From an uncultured Gammaproteobacteria bacterium (GTDB lineage Bacteria; Patescibacteriota; Microgenomatia; CAZETR01; Amesbacteraceae): DNA of 64,000 nucleotides. Made by a program: the position numbers and the translations under genes. Under the pieces are notes generated by a model. The model was not told the DNA's origin, ran no database searches, and worked only from the letters and a program-made list of their open reading frames with translations. This document shows positions 50,593 to 60,763 of the stretch, piece after piece; positions within the stretch are counted from its first letter, which is position 1, and every line of letters begins with the position of its first letter. The stretch spans positions 5,750-69,749 of the forward strand of contig CAZWKN010000003.1 of assembly GCA_964633995.1 (NCBI GenBank). Direction: 5' to 3'.

Positions 50593-51488
50593 AAAACTTA
50601 ACTTTGTATGCGGCGTTGCTATTTACAGGTAATCTATACACATCTGAAATTTGGGTTAGGGATTTTTGGGTAGTAACCAGGGGAATTGCGGCATTTACAA
50701 TGGTGGCGTCGGCAATTTATTTTTTGAACGACTTGGTGGATACCAAAGCCGACCTTGCACATCCATTTAAAAAGAAAAGGCCCATTGCCTCGGGGCAAAT
50801 TTCCTCCTTAGTGGCAAAAATTGCAATTGTGTTATTGCTAACGGTTGGCTTATGGTGGGCGAAGACACTAAGCCCTCTATTTGGATTAGCAGTGTTGGGG
50901 TATGTAACGATGCAGGTTCTATATAGTTTTTGGTTGAAAAATATTGAGGTCGTGGATGTATTTATCATTGCCTTGGGCTTTTTTCTAAGGGTGGTGGCAG
51001 GAGCTTTAATTATTAATGCCCATTTATCTATCTGGTTTTTACTGTGTGTAGTTTCGACATCCCTGTTTCTTGCAGTGGGCAAACGAAGGGCTGAGCTGTC
51101 AATATTGTCAGAACAAATTGACGCAATAAAACATCGTAAGGTTATGGGGAAATATAGTGTGGGAATATTGGATTCATACTTAACAATGTTTGCCACGGCC
51201 GCATTTTTGTCCTGGGCATTGTTTACGTTTAATTTTTACGACCAGGCTGGACCAATAAACACACCCACTAGTCTTGTGCTTATATCCAGGACGCTAACCA
51301 TAAACAAGTGGCTGATGGCAACAATTCCGGTAGTGATATTTGGGATTATGAGATACATACGGATTATCTATGATGGGTCGAGGGCAGAAAGCCCGGAAAG
51401 AGTGATTTTAAGCGACTTACCTCTTTTGTTGAGTGTGGGGGTATGGGGAATTATTGTAATAGTGGTCCTGTACGCTGGTCAAGGATAA
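50538..51488 (+). CDS. UbiA-family prenyl-phosphate phosphoribosyltransferase (decaprenyl-phosphate 5-phosphoribosyltransferase/DPPR-like)
   Basis: N-terminus ARPRQWVKNL, NDLVDTKAD (NDxxDxxxD), second Asp-rich region, 8-9 TM; overlaps upstream gene by 55 nt. Confidence 0.7.
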   Translation: MVKKLVGLLKTARPRQWVKNLTLYAALLFTGNLYTSEIWVRDFWVVTRGIAAFTMVASAIYFLNDLVDTKADLAHPFKKKRPIASGQISSLVAKIAIVLLLTVGLWWAKTLSPLFGLAVLGYVTMQVLYSFWLKNIEVVDVFIIALGFFLRVVAGALIINAHLSIWFLLCVVSTSLFLAVGKRRAELSILSEQIDAIKHRKVMGKYSVGILDSYLTMFATAAFLSWALFTFNFYDQAGPINTPTSLVLISRTLTINKWLMATIPVVIFGIMRYIRIIYDGSRAESPERVILSDLPLLLSVGVWGIIVIVVLYAGQG

Positions 51489-52342
51489 AGAGTGGCATAG
51501 GTTTTTGATATCCACCCCGAAGAAGTAGCTTCTAACTCAGCTTGAATTAAATACCAATCGTCTTGCTGGGATAGGAAAGGATATAGTTCTTTCGGTTTGA
51601 GGCTTCCAATTTTGTCACCAGACGGTGACGGTTTGGATCTAACATTTAGAAAGCCTGTTGGAGTGTCTTTGATAATCACATACGGCCTGACTGGTGTTGG
51701 ACTGGGGGCGGTGGTCGTATTGGCAAGCACTGGAGTTGGCTCTACTGGACCCCCAGATAGTTTAACCAGGAGGTTTAATTTGTATCCATCTATCGCTTTT
51801 ATGTTGATAGTCCGACTAGCAAAGCCGGGGGCTGTAAAAGTAACTTGATGATCACCCGCAGGTACGGTGGCCAAAAGTGGGGTAAATCCCTGGGGTTGAC
51901 CGTCTAAGACGACTGAGGCAAGCTCTGATCCGGCTGAAACGGCGGTGATACTGGCAGCCTTGCCGGGCTGAGGCTGGAGACTAACAATGTCGCCAGAAGA
52001 TTCGGCTTCGGAGCCCGCAAAATCTCTTCTGACGATGGTAAACGTCTGGTCGGTTAACCTAACTTTGGTTTGATAGGCTGTTAAGGCAGATGAGGATGAG
52101 TTTGGAATTAGTTTTAATAAAATTTCTCCTGGGGGAAAAATTTTGTCTATGGGAGTTGAACCAATTTGAATATTATCTACAAACACCAAGGATTCGGGGT
52201 TGGTTTCAATTTTTAATCCGGCCGTCGACTTGCGTGATTTTACAACCCCAATAAGTACAAATCCTACTACAACTCCAAATCCTGCAAAAATCATAGTAAG
52301 GGCAAACAATTTTTTGTTGGGCACGAGCAGAAGTATACACAA
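51479..52342 (-). CDS. Membrane-anchored PEGA-domain protein with C-terminal SH3b domain
   Basis: TM (likely start MIFAGFG at 52294); two PEGA-like repeats (IGSTP...PPGEILLKL; GFTPL..VPAGDHQVTF); C-terminal YVIIKDTPTGFLNVRSKPS...WYLIQ SH3b-like. Confidence 0.6.
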   Translation of the reverse strand: MCILLLVPNKKLFALTMIFAGFGVVVGFVLIGVVKSRKSTAGLKIETNPESLVFVDNIQIGSTPIDKIFPPGEILLKLIPNSSSSALTAYQTKVRLTDQTFTIVRRDFAGSEAESSGDIVSLQPQPGKAASITAVSAGSELASVVLDGQPQGFTPLLATVPAGDHQVTFTAPGFASRTINIKAIDGYKLNLLVKLSGGPVEPTPVLANTTTAPSPTPVRPYVIIKDTPTGFLNVRSKPSPSGDKIGSLKPKELYPFLSQQDDWYLIQAELEATSSGWISKTYATLYP

Positions 52343-52364
52343 TTAGGCTATAATTGGCTACGCT

Positions 52365-52437
52365 GATCCGGTGGTGAAGTAGCTAACACAGCGGTCTGCA
52401 AAACCGCCATTCATGGGTGCAAGTCCCATCCGGATCT
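52365..52437 (+). tRNA. tRNA-Cys (anticodon GCA)
   Basis: Manual fold: acceptor GATCCGG/CCGGATC (7 bp), U8, 3-bp D stem GTG/CAC, anticodon stem GCGGT/ACCGC with loop CTGCAAA, 5-bp T stem ATGGG/CCCAT with 7-nt loop, discriminator U73 (Cys identity element); CCA not encoded (followed by CA TTTTT). Confidence 0.65.
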
Positions 52438-52488
52438 CATTTTTACAGATTCGCATTTTCTTCGGTTTGAGTTGACTTTTGGGGATTT

Positions 52489-53220
52489 TTGGATTATACT
52501 GCAAGGCAGTTCTGCGCGATTATCGAGCAGGATTTTTTTATGCTAAAAGACTGGAAAAGCATGGTCTTGGCAAAAGCAGAGGTGTGGTTGTCGCGGCACC
52601 AGACTCCCCTGCTGTTAAAGGAATTGGGATGGAATGGAATCAGGTTTGTAATAAAGTGTGGCAAAAGCAACCCAATTAGCTTTGCACTGCGCCCCCTGGC
52701 TTTAAATAAGCACTTAAGGGCTGTAATAGGCTTTAATTTGGTAGTTTTGGTCCTGGCCGTGGCGTTGTGGAGCCCAACACCGCTTTTGGCTGAAAATACC
52801 GGTGGAGTGGAAACCTTGGCGATTGCGACTGGCGGAGAGATAAAAATGAGCACGCTTCAAGCTATAAAAATGCCGTTGACCAACTACACTATGTCTCAAA
52901 AGTTTTGGCTACTGCATTCTGGAATAGACATGGCCGCTGTGGTGGGTGAACCAATACACCCAATTTCAGACGGCAAGGTGGTATTTGTAGAAAAGGGATG
53001 GTTTGGATATGGAAATCACGTGATAGTTAGACATAGTGCGGATTACGAATCGTTGTATGCCCACATGTCTAAAGTGCTTGTAAAAGAGGGACAAGAGGTT
53101 AACACTAATACAATACTTGGCGAAGTGGGATCTACTGGTCACTCAACAGGGCCTCATTTGCATCTGGAAATCCGTCAAAATGGTCAAGTAATCAATCCCG
53201 CCCCTATTTTGGGTATTTAA
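52489..53220 (+). CDS. M23 family metallopeptidase (LytM-like) with N-terminal membrane anchor
   Basis: HSGIDMAA (HxxxD), GSTGHSTGPHLHLEIR (HxH) motifs; true start may be 52540 or 52561. Confidence 0.85.
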   Translation: MDYTARQFCAIIEQDFFMLKDWKSMVLAKAEVWLSRHQTPLLLKELGWNGIRFVIKCGKSNPISFALRPLALNKHLRAVIGFNLVVLVLAVALWSPTPLLAENTGGVETLAIATGGEIKMSTLQAIKMPLTNYTMSQKFWLLHSGIDMAAVVGEPIHPISDGKVVFVEKGWFGYGNHVIVRHSADYESLYAHMSKVLVKEGQEVNTNTILGEVGSTGHSTGPHLHLEIRQNGQVINPAPILGI

Positions 53221-53770
53221 TAAGTTCTTTTAGTTTGTTCTCTACCTGTTCTGCGTCTTGATCGTTTGTTATTTCATAAAAATAATCCGCCTCATCAGGA
53301 GCGGCATCTTCAAAAAAGCTATGCTGGCGCGTTAATTCTTCTGCGAAATTGCGGGTGTGCAGCACTGACGTAGATCTGTTGGTACTTTGAATTCTGTTTT
53401 CAAGAACGCTTATAGGTAGATTGAAAAATATCAGGATGAATATTGCGTCGTGTTTTTTTGCAATATCTTTTTGTTGGCGACGAATTTCTCTTCTGGAATG
53501 ACTGGCTGTCAAAATTGTGTTATAGCCATTCCTGAGACTATAATCGTATATCAGCTGAGGAATAAGTAGTCTTAGGTCTGGATTGGTCGGTGTTCGACTG
53601 GAAAGAATGTCGGAGTCGTTGTGAATTTCATGAAATTCCTTATTTAGAAACCCGGCAACAACGTCGTGGTCAATAAGAACTGTCTTTGGAAGAAGGGGTA
53701 GTAGTTTTTTACCGAAGGTTGTCTTTCCAGAGTGAGTTTTGCCACACATGGCAATCACGATTTTACTCAT
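53204..53770 (-). CDS. Small P-loop NTPase/kinase (AAA_33/zeta-toxin/PNK-like fold)
   Basis: Start trimmed to Met 53770 (MSKIVIAMCGKTHSGKTTFGKKL Walker A); immediately downstream of groEL on same strand. Confidence 0.5.
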   Translation of the reverse strand: MSKIVIAMCGKTHSGKTTFGKKLLPLLPKTVLIDHDVVAGFLNKEFHEIHNDSDILSSRTPTNPDLRLLIPQLIYDYSLRNGYNTILTASHSRREIRRQQKDIAKKHDAIFILIFFNLPISVLENRIQSTNRSTSVLHTRNFAEELTRQHSFFEDAAPDEADYFYEITNDQDAEQVENKLKELIKYPK

Positions 53771-53780
53771 ACAAGAAAGG

Positions 53781-55738
<1,958 letters not shown>

Positions 55739-55753
55739 AGTTTGCTAGGAGAT

Positions 55754-55783
55754 TATATACCAAATTCAAACAACTTGTGTCAA
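55754..55783 (-). promoter_or_regulatory. Candidate sigma70-like promoter for groESL (TTGACA-18 nt-TATATA), no CIRCE
   Basis: Minus-strand reading: TTGACA (55778-55783), 18-nt spacer, TATATA (55754-55759), 15 nt before groES ATG. Confidence 0.3.
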
Positions 55784-56194
55784 GAGGTCTCTTTGGCCTA
55801 AATGAATCTTCTCTAGGGCCTCCGGAAGCAAAAACCAACCTGCCCGGTCGATTTCTGGATACTCTTTGTTTCCCAATCTGAAGAAATTACTTTTTAGTTT
55901 GTTGGGGTCAAAATCGCCTTCATGGGCCCAAGCGTAAATAGTTTTTTTGGATTTGAGGATTTGAGGAACAAGGGGGGTGAACTCACCAGATAATTCTAAA
56001 CCTGTTTCCTCAAAGAACTCACGCTTGGCTGCTGTTAATGGCTCTTCGGGATACGAAAACTCGCCTTTGGGAATGGACCAACTTCCTAAATCTTTTTTGG
56101 CCCAGAATGGGCCGCCCGGATGAACTAACAAAAATTCAAGCTGTGGGCGCCTTCGATACAAGAGAATTCCCGCGCTTTGGATGGAAGAAGGCAT
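55766..56194 (-). CDS. NUDIX hydrolase
   Basis: NUDIX box GEFSYPEEPLTAAKREFFEETGL. Confidence 0.85.
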   Translation of the reverse strand: MPSSIQSAGILLYRRRPQLEFLLVHPGGPFWAKKDLGSWSIPKGEFSYPEEPLTAAKREFFEETGLELSGEFTPLVPQILKSKKTIYAWAHEGDFDPNKLKSNFFRLGNKEYPEIDRAGWFLLPEALEKIHLGQRDLLTQVV

Positions 56195-56975
56195 AGCCTA
56201 ATGATACACGTTCGGTGGTCATGCTGGGGAGCATGTAGAGATACTGCAGCCAGAATAATAATAAATTCACTGGGTAAAGAAAATTGCTTATTGCATATTT
56301 CTTATTGCATATAAGTTTCTTTGAGATTTTTTTAAGAGATTCGCGATAAGCAATAGGTAAGTAGTTTTTAACCCAGGAATTGGACTCTAGAAATCGACGA
56401 TGAACTCCACTGCGATCGAAGATACATTTGGCTTGCAAAATTTCGTGCGCGGTATATAAATTTTTATTATTTATTTTCAAATTGTTAGTATCTAAATATA
56501 AATTGTCGCAAATTTTGTCACTGACTTTGGGTGACGAATGTTCGGGTAGTTGTTTGGGGCGACGTGATTTGTTTAACAAAACAATCACCAGCAGCCTGGT
56601 CAGCCAAAGGGTGTTGGGCGATGTAATAATCATAAAATCAATGTCGTCATGCTTTGGAGAGTTGTCCATAGAGAGTGCTCCGGTAACAAAAATTGCTTCT
56701 ATGGTGGGAATCTTTTTTAATAACGATGCCGTTTTTTGAGCGATGACCCACTTGGTTTTACTAAATTGGGTGTTGGCTAGACGTAAGTCGACAATTTTTC
56801 TACGACCAGTGAGAAAGTAATAGCCACGATACGAAGAGTATCCGAGGCGGGACAACCCAGAGGCAATCTGTATCTTTGACTTGCACGACCTGATCTGCCA
56901 AAACCAAAGTTCGTCAAGATTGAGAGGAAAATTAAACGTGTCCGAGTAATTAAGGGGCGATTGCACTGAGGCCAT
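56136..56975 (-). CDS. Hypothetical protein, possible nucleotidyltransferase fold
   Basis: TGALSMDNSPKHDDIDFMIIT resembles Pol-beta-type NTase GS...D.D motif; weak. Confidence 0.3.
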   Translation of the reverse strand: MASVQSPLNYSDTFNFPLNLDELWFWQIRSCKSKIQIASGLSRLGYSSYRGYYFLTGRRKIVDLRLANTQFSKTKWVIAQKTASLLKKIPTIEAIFVTGALSMDNSPKHDDIDFMIITSPNTLWLTRLLVIVLLNKSRRPKQLPEHSSPKVSDKICDNLYLDTNNLKINNKNLYTAHEILQAKCIFDRSGVHRRFLESNSWVKNYLPIAYRESLKKISKKLICNKKYAISNFLYPVNLLLFWLQYLYMLPSMTTERVSLGYAFFHPKRGNSLVSKAPTA

Positions 56976-58365
56976 ACTGAGATAATATCTGATTTATCTC
57001 AGAAACCAAGCTTTGTTCGACTGGATCATGATTTATGGCGTGGGCGAAGGCGGCTGATAGTCTGGTATTAAGACCACTTGGACCGTCTTGGGTTGCCGAG
57101 GCCATATACCAGCTTCTACCAAACGGAGCCTGAGACAGCACTACTGCCAAGACCGGGTTGGTCTTTGCCCCTTCGGCCATATCTACCCGACTAAAGGGTT
57201 CCCCAAAGTCTCTCCCTAACGAAACTTCAGAATCAAACATTTTCTGAAGTGATGTCTGTGAAGATAAAAACTTGAGAAAATCTAGGGCCTCCTCTGAATG
57301 TGAGCTCTTTTTATTGACGCCTTCTACCCAAAAACTAGCCCAGGTGACGGGTTTTTCTTGTCGATCCGGATCAAGCGGGAGCTGAGGAAGAGGGTAAACT
57401 GAAAATTTAAGATTGGGATTTAGGGATTTTATATCAAACACTCTCCATGATGGACCAAAATAAATTCCCACCTTGCCTGCTGCGAATTGATTAGTAGAGG
57501 AAGGTAGGGTGGAATCCCAAACACCAAAATAACGAGAAAAGTTGGAATAGTATTCAATTGCATCATCGGCAGATTTTCCGGAAGGAGCTGCTAAGTTGAC
57601 GTTGTTTTGCAGCATGAGAATAGAAATAATATCTTGCCAATGATCAACGTTGTTTGTGGTCCCCAAAGCCGCGCCAGAAACTAATATTCGAGAACCCGGT
57701 CTACACCCGCCATCGGTAGTATCACACCGGGAAATGGCTAAGGCGGTATTTTTTAAGTCTTCCCAATTTTGCGGCGCCGGGAGGCCTGCTGACTGCAAAA
57801 GGCTGTCGTTGACAAACATTACCAGTCCGTCATACATAAGAGGAACTGCAACATAATTATTTCCAACTCTTAGGGTGTCCTTAACGGCTGGATAAAACGT
57901 GGATTCAAAAACTCCGGCATCAAAAACTTTAGGAGGAAGAGGGGCTAGGTCGCCTTTAAACATGGGTGTCCAAGAGTTGTGGAGACGAAAAATGTCTGGT
58001 CCGTTGCCTTGGCCAAAGGCCGATTGAAGTCTTTCCCTGTATTCTGTAAGAAGTTGTTGTTTGTAAACAATTTTTATTTTTGGGTGAGTAGATTGGTACT
58101 CATCTATTAGAGGTTTCATCACCGATTCCGGCTCCCAAAGCCCCCAATAGGTTAGGGTTACGGCTTGGTTTTTACCAAGTGATTTAAACAAGAAACTGGC
58201 GGCGAAAACTATACCAAACAACAAAAAGATCCCCAATACGATAAAGATAAGTTGTTTGGGTAACTTGGACTTTGACTGAATAACGTTGACCGGAGCCGGG
58301 GAAGGCGCTTGCGCTACCGGTGCCGGAGGGGGTGGGGGTGGTGGTTGTGATGTAGGAATATCCAT
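56950..58365 (-). CDS. ABC transporter extracellular solute-binding protein (family 1, sugar-type), membrane-anchored
   Basis: Poly-Pro N-terminus plus TM anchor, then SBP_bac_1-like domain; no adjacent permease/ATPase. Confidence 0.75.
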   Translation of the reverse strand: MDIPTSQPPPPPPPAPVAQAPSPAPVNVIQSKSKLPKQLIFIVLGIFLLFGIVFAASFLFKSLGKNQAVTLTYWGLWEPESVMKPLIDEYQSTHPKIKIVYKQQLLTEYRERLQSAFGQGNGPDIFRLHNSWTPMFKGDLAPLPPKVFDAGVFESTFYPAVKDTLRVGNNYVAVPLMYDGLVMFVNDSLLQSAGLPAPQNWEDLKNTALAISRCDTTDGGCRPGSRILVSGAALGTTNNVDHWQDIISILMLQNNVNLAAPSGKSADDAIEYYSNFSRYFGVWDSTLPSSTNQFAAGKVGIYFGPSWRVFDIKSLNPNLKFSVYPLPQLPLDPDRQEKPVTWASFWVEGVNKKSSHSEEALDFLKFLSSQTSLQKMFDSEVSLGRDFGEPFSRVDMAEGAKTNPVLAVVLSQAPFGRSWYMASATQDGPSGLNTRLSAAFAHAINHDPVEQSLVSEINQILSQYGLSAIAP

Positions 58366-58421
58366 CTGGTGTTAAGTATATATTCCCCACTTTAGAATGT
58401 AAATCAATATATAATTGGCGT

Positions 58422-60173
58422 ATGAACAAAAGATTGTTGGGCTTTGTAGTTGTGGTTGTGGGAGGGCTTTTGGGCGGAGTAATGATAGTAAGTATCGTCC
58501 TGGAGGCCTGGTTATGGGGGAGGGTTTACCCTAATGTCGTTGTCTCCAACATTGACGTGGGGGGGCTGACTAAGGATGAAGCAGTAAAAAAAATTCAAAG
58601 TCAGAGCGAAACCCGAGGCAATTTTGTCATGAGTTGGGGAACCAGCCAGTGGCTGATTGACCCTAAAGCGATTGGGCTGGAGTATTACCCGGCATTGACC
58701 GCCGAAGAGGCGCTTCGCGTGGGCAGGAGCGGAAATGTTGGTGCTGATGTTAATGTAAAATTTCAACTTGCGCGTAAAAAAATTGTTGTCGATCCAGTAT
58801 TTTCGCTTGACGAAAACAAACTAAACGAAGAGTTGTTGGCTATAACGAGTCAAATAAATATTCCGGCAGCGGAGCCCGAAATTAAAATTGCTTCGGATGA
58901 AAGAATTGCGGTGTCTCCAGGTGAGAACGGTCAGGCTGTAGACGAAACACTGCTAAAGCAGCGTATCAGAAGTATGGCTAAAACATTTACTTTGAAAAAT
59001 ATTGAAGTGCCCGTTTTACAATTACGACCGAAGCTATCGGAGTTGCAAATTACCGACGCGAGAGGCAGGGCACAACGCTTGGTTGGTAAGAAACTTACCA
59101 TTACTGCACAAGCGGCTACAAAAGAGTGGGTTGTAACTCCTGATTTATTGGTGAGCTGGATTAATGCTCAAAATTTAGGCTGGAAAACTGAAGAAATTGA
59201 ATCATGGCTGGCTGGGCTTTCGGAAACAATCGACAAACCTGCTCAAAATGCAAGTTTTAGATTTGTCACATCAGGTAAGGTTGAGGAGTTTAAGCCGGCT
59301 AAAAACGGATTTAGGGTAATTCAAAACACCTCTTTGAACCATCTGGTGTCGGTATTAAATACAATGGTCGACAAATCTGGCTCTGAATTTACCATGGATT
59401 TGGACATCGACATACTTCAACCAAACATCCAAACCGGAGACGTGAACAATCTTGGCATAAAGGAACTGCTTGCCCGGGGAGAGTCTTGGTTTAGTGGATC
59501 GATAGACAATAGAATATTTAACATTAGATTGGCAGCTGGAAGGCTAAATGGTATTTTGGTACCTCCTGGAGAAACTTTTTCCTTTAACAAATATCTCGGT
59601 GAGGTAACTGCGGCAACTGGATTTAAACAAGCATATGTAATTGATAAAGGCAAAACCGTGCTTGGAGATGGTGGCGGGGTGTGTCAGGTATCAAGCACTC
59701 TGTTTAGGGCGGTGCTTCGAGCTGGGCTACCTGTTGATGAACGAATAGCCCATGCCTACAGGGTACATTATTATGAAGAAAAGAGCGAGCCGGGGTTTGA
59801 CGCTACTGTGTTCTCCCCTACCCCAGACTTTAAATTTACCAACGACACTCCTGCTTATATTTTGATCCAAACAGAATTTAATGAGAAGGAAAAATTTTTG
59901 GCATTTGATTTGTATGGAACCAGTGACGGCAGAAAAGCTGAGGTGTCTAAAGCAAGGGTATGGGATGTGGCAGCGCCACCACCTGATTTGTATCAGGACG
60001 ATCCAGCTTTACTTGTAGGAGTAGTCAAACAAACAGAACATGCTACGTGGGGGGCGAAAGTGGCGTTTGATTGGAAAGTAACTAGAAACGGAGAGGTTGT
60101 TCAAGAACGGACATTTTTTTCCAACTACAAACCCTGGCAAGCGGTGTATTTGAGAGGAACTAAAGTAAACTAG
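58422..60173 (+). CDS. VanW-family protein with N-terminal TM anchor
   Basis: C-terminal GGGVCQVSSTLFRAVLRAGLPVDERIAHAYRVHYY VanW domain. Confidence 0.85.
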   Translation: MNKRLLGFVVVVVGGLLGGVMIVSIVLEAWLWGRVYPNVVVSNIDVGGLTKDEAVKKIQSQSETRGNFVMSWGTSQWLIDPKAIGLEYYPALTAEEALRVGRSGNVGADVNVKFQLARKKIVVDPVFSLDENKLNEELLAITSQINIPAAEPEIKIASDERIAVSPGENGQAVDETLLKQRIRSMAKTFTLKNIEVPVLQLRPKLSELQITDARGRAQRLVGKKLTITAQAATKEWVVTPDLLVSWINAQNLGWKTEEIESWLAGLSETIDKPAQNASFRFVTSGKVEEFKPAKNGFRVIQNTSLNHLVSVLNTMVDKSGSEFTMDLDIDILQPNIQTGDVNNLGIKELLARGESWFSGSIDNRIFNIRLAAGRLNGILVPPGETFSFNKYLGEVTAATGFKQAYVIDKGKTVLGDGGGVCQVSSTLFRAVLRAGLPVDERIAHAYRVHYYEEKSEPGFDATVFSPTPDFKFTNDTPAYILIQTEFNEKEKFLAFDLYGTSDGRKAEVSKARVWDVAAPPPDLYQDDPALLVGVVKQTEHATWGAKVAFDWKVTRNGEVVQERTFFSNYKPWQAVYLRGTKVN

Positions 60174-60190
60174 TCGGTCAGTTTTCAGTT

Positions 60191-60742
60191 TCACAGTTGC
60201 TCAGTTGTAAACTTGAAAGTGGAAAGAATCTTTTTTATTTCCAGCGTTAAACTGGTCACTTCGATTTTGTACTCCGAATCGTTTAAATAGCCTCGATAGA
60301 AATTTGGTTCAGTATTGGTTACAGATAGAGGGCCAAATTGTGTCATCGTTCCGTTGGGAAGTTCTTGTAATTGAGAGGGGGTGGAACATACAATAACAAT
60401 CGCTTGGCCAGAAACAACAGTGGAGGCTGGAATCATTAAATCACCTTGGAAATCAGGGCTTTTGATAAACGTGATGTTTCCAATATAAGGATCTGTGGAT
60501 TTTTCTTTTTTCCACCCTGAAGGAATTGATACATCAAAATTGCAATTTCTACTTGTAATCGGTGGACAGACTAAAATCGGATTACATGGGGCGCGGACAC
60601 ATTGGACCTGCTGGTAATAACAACCGGCTGTGGGGGTTGGAGAATATGGGTTGGGGGATGGAGGTCTGGAAAAAATAATTAAAAAGGTAGTTACAATAAT
60701 CAAAACTGAGGCAAGGAAAGAAACTGGGAGTGGTTTGGACAC
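60191..60742 (-). CDS. Hypothetical membrane-anchored Cys-rich secreted protein
   Basis: N-terminal TM, Pro-rich linker, 9 Cys in 60 aa (CYYQQVQCVRAPCNPILVCPP...). Confidence 0.35.
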   Translation of the reverse strand: MSKPLPVSFLASVLIIVTTFLIIFSRPPSPNPYSPTPTAGCYYQQVQCVRAPCNPILVCPPITSRNCNFDVSIPSGWKKEKSTDPYIGNITFIKSPDFQGDLMIPASTVVSGQAIVIVCSTPSQLQELPNGTMTQFGPLSVTNTEPNFYRGYLNDSEYKIEVTSLTLEIKKILSTFKFTTEQL

Positions 60743-60763
60743 TAGATTTAGTATAATTGGTTA

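Noticed and set aside
50717-51196. 159-aa minus-strand ORF
   Set aside because: Antisense to the UbiA-family gene, which has clear NDxxDxxxD motifs.
52365-52437. Reverse-strand reading of the tRNA locus as tRNA-Ala (TGC)
   Set aside because: The palindromic acceptor stem lets both strands pair, but the reverse strand lacks U8, has a 5-bp/7-nt pseudo D arm and a non-canonical T arm. The plus-strand tRNA-Cys with U73 is far better.
55739-55800. CIRCE element upstream of groES
   Set aside because: Searched for a TTAGCA...TGCTAA inverted repeat; none present. Only a sigma70-like promoter candidate was found.
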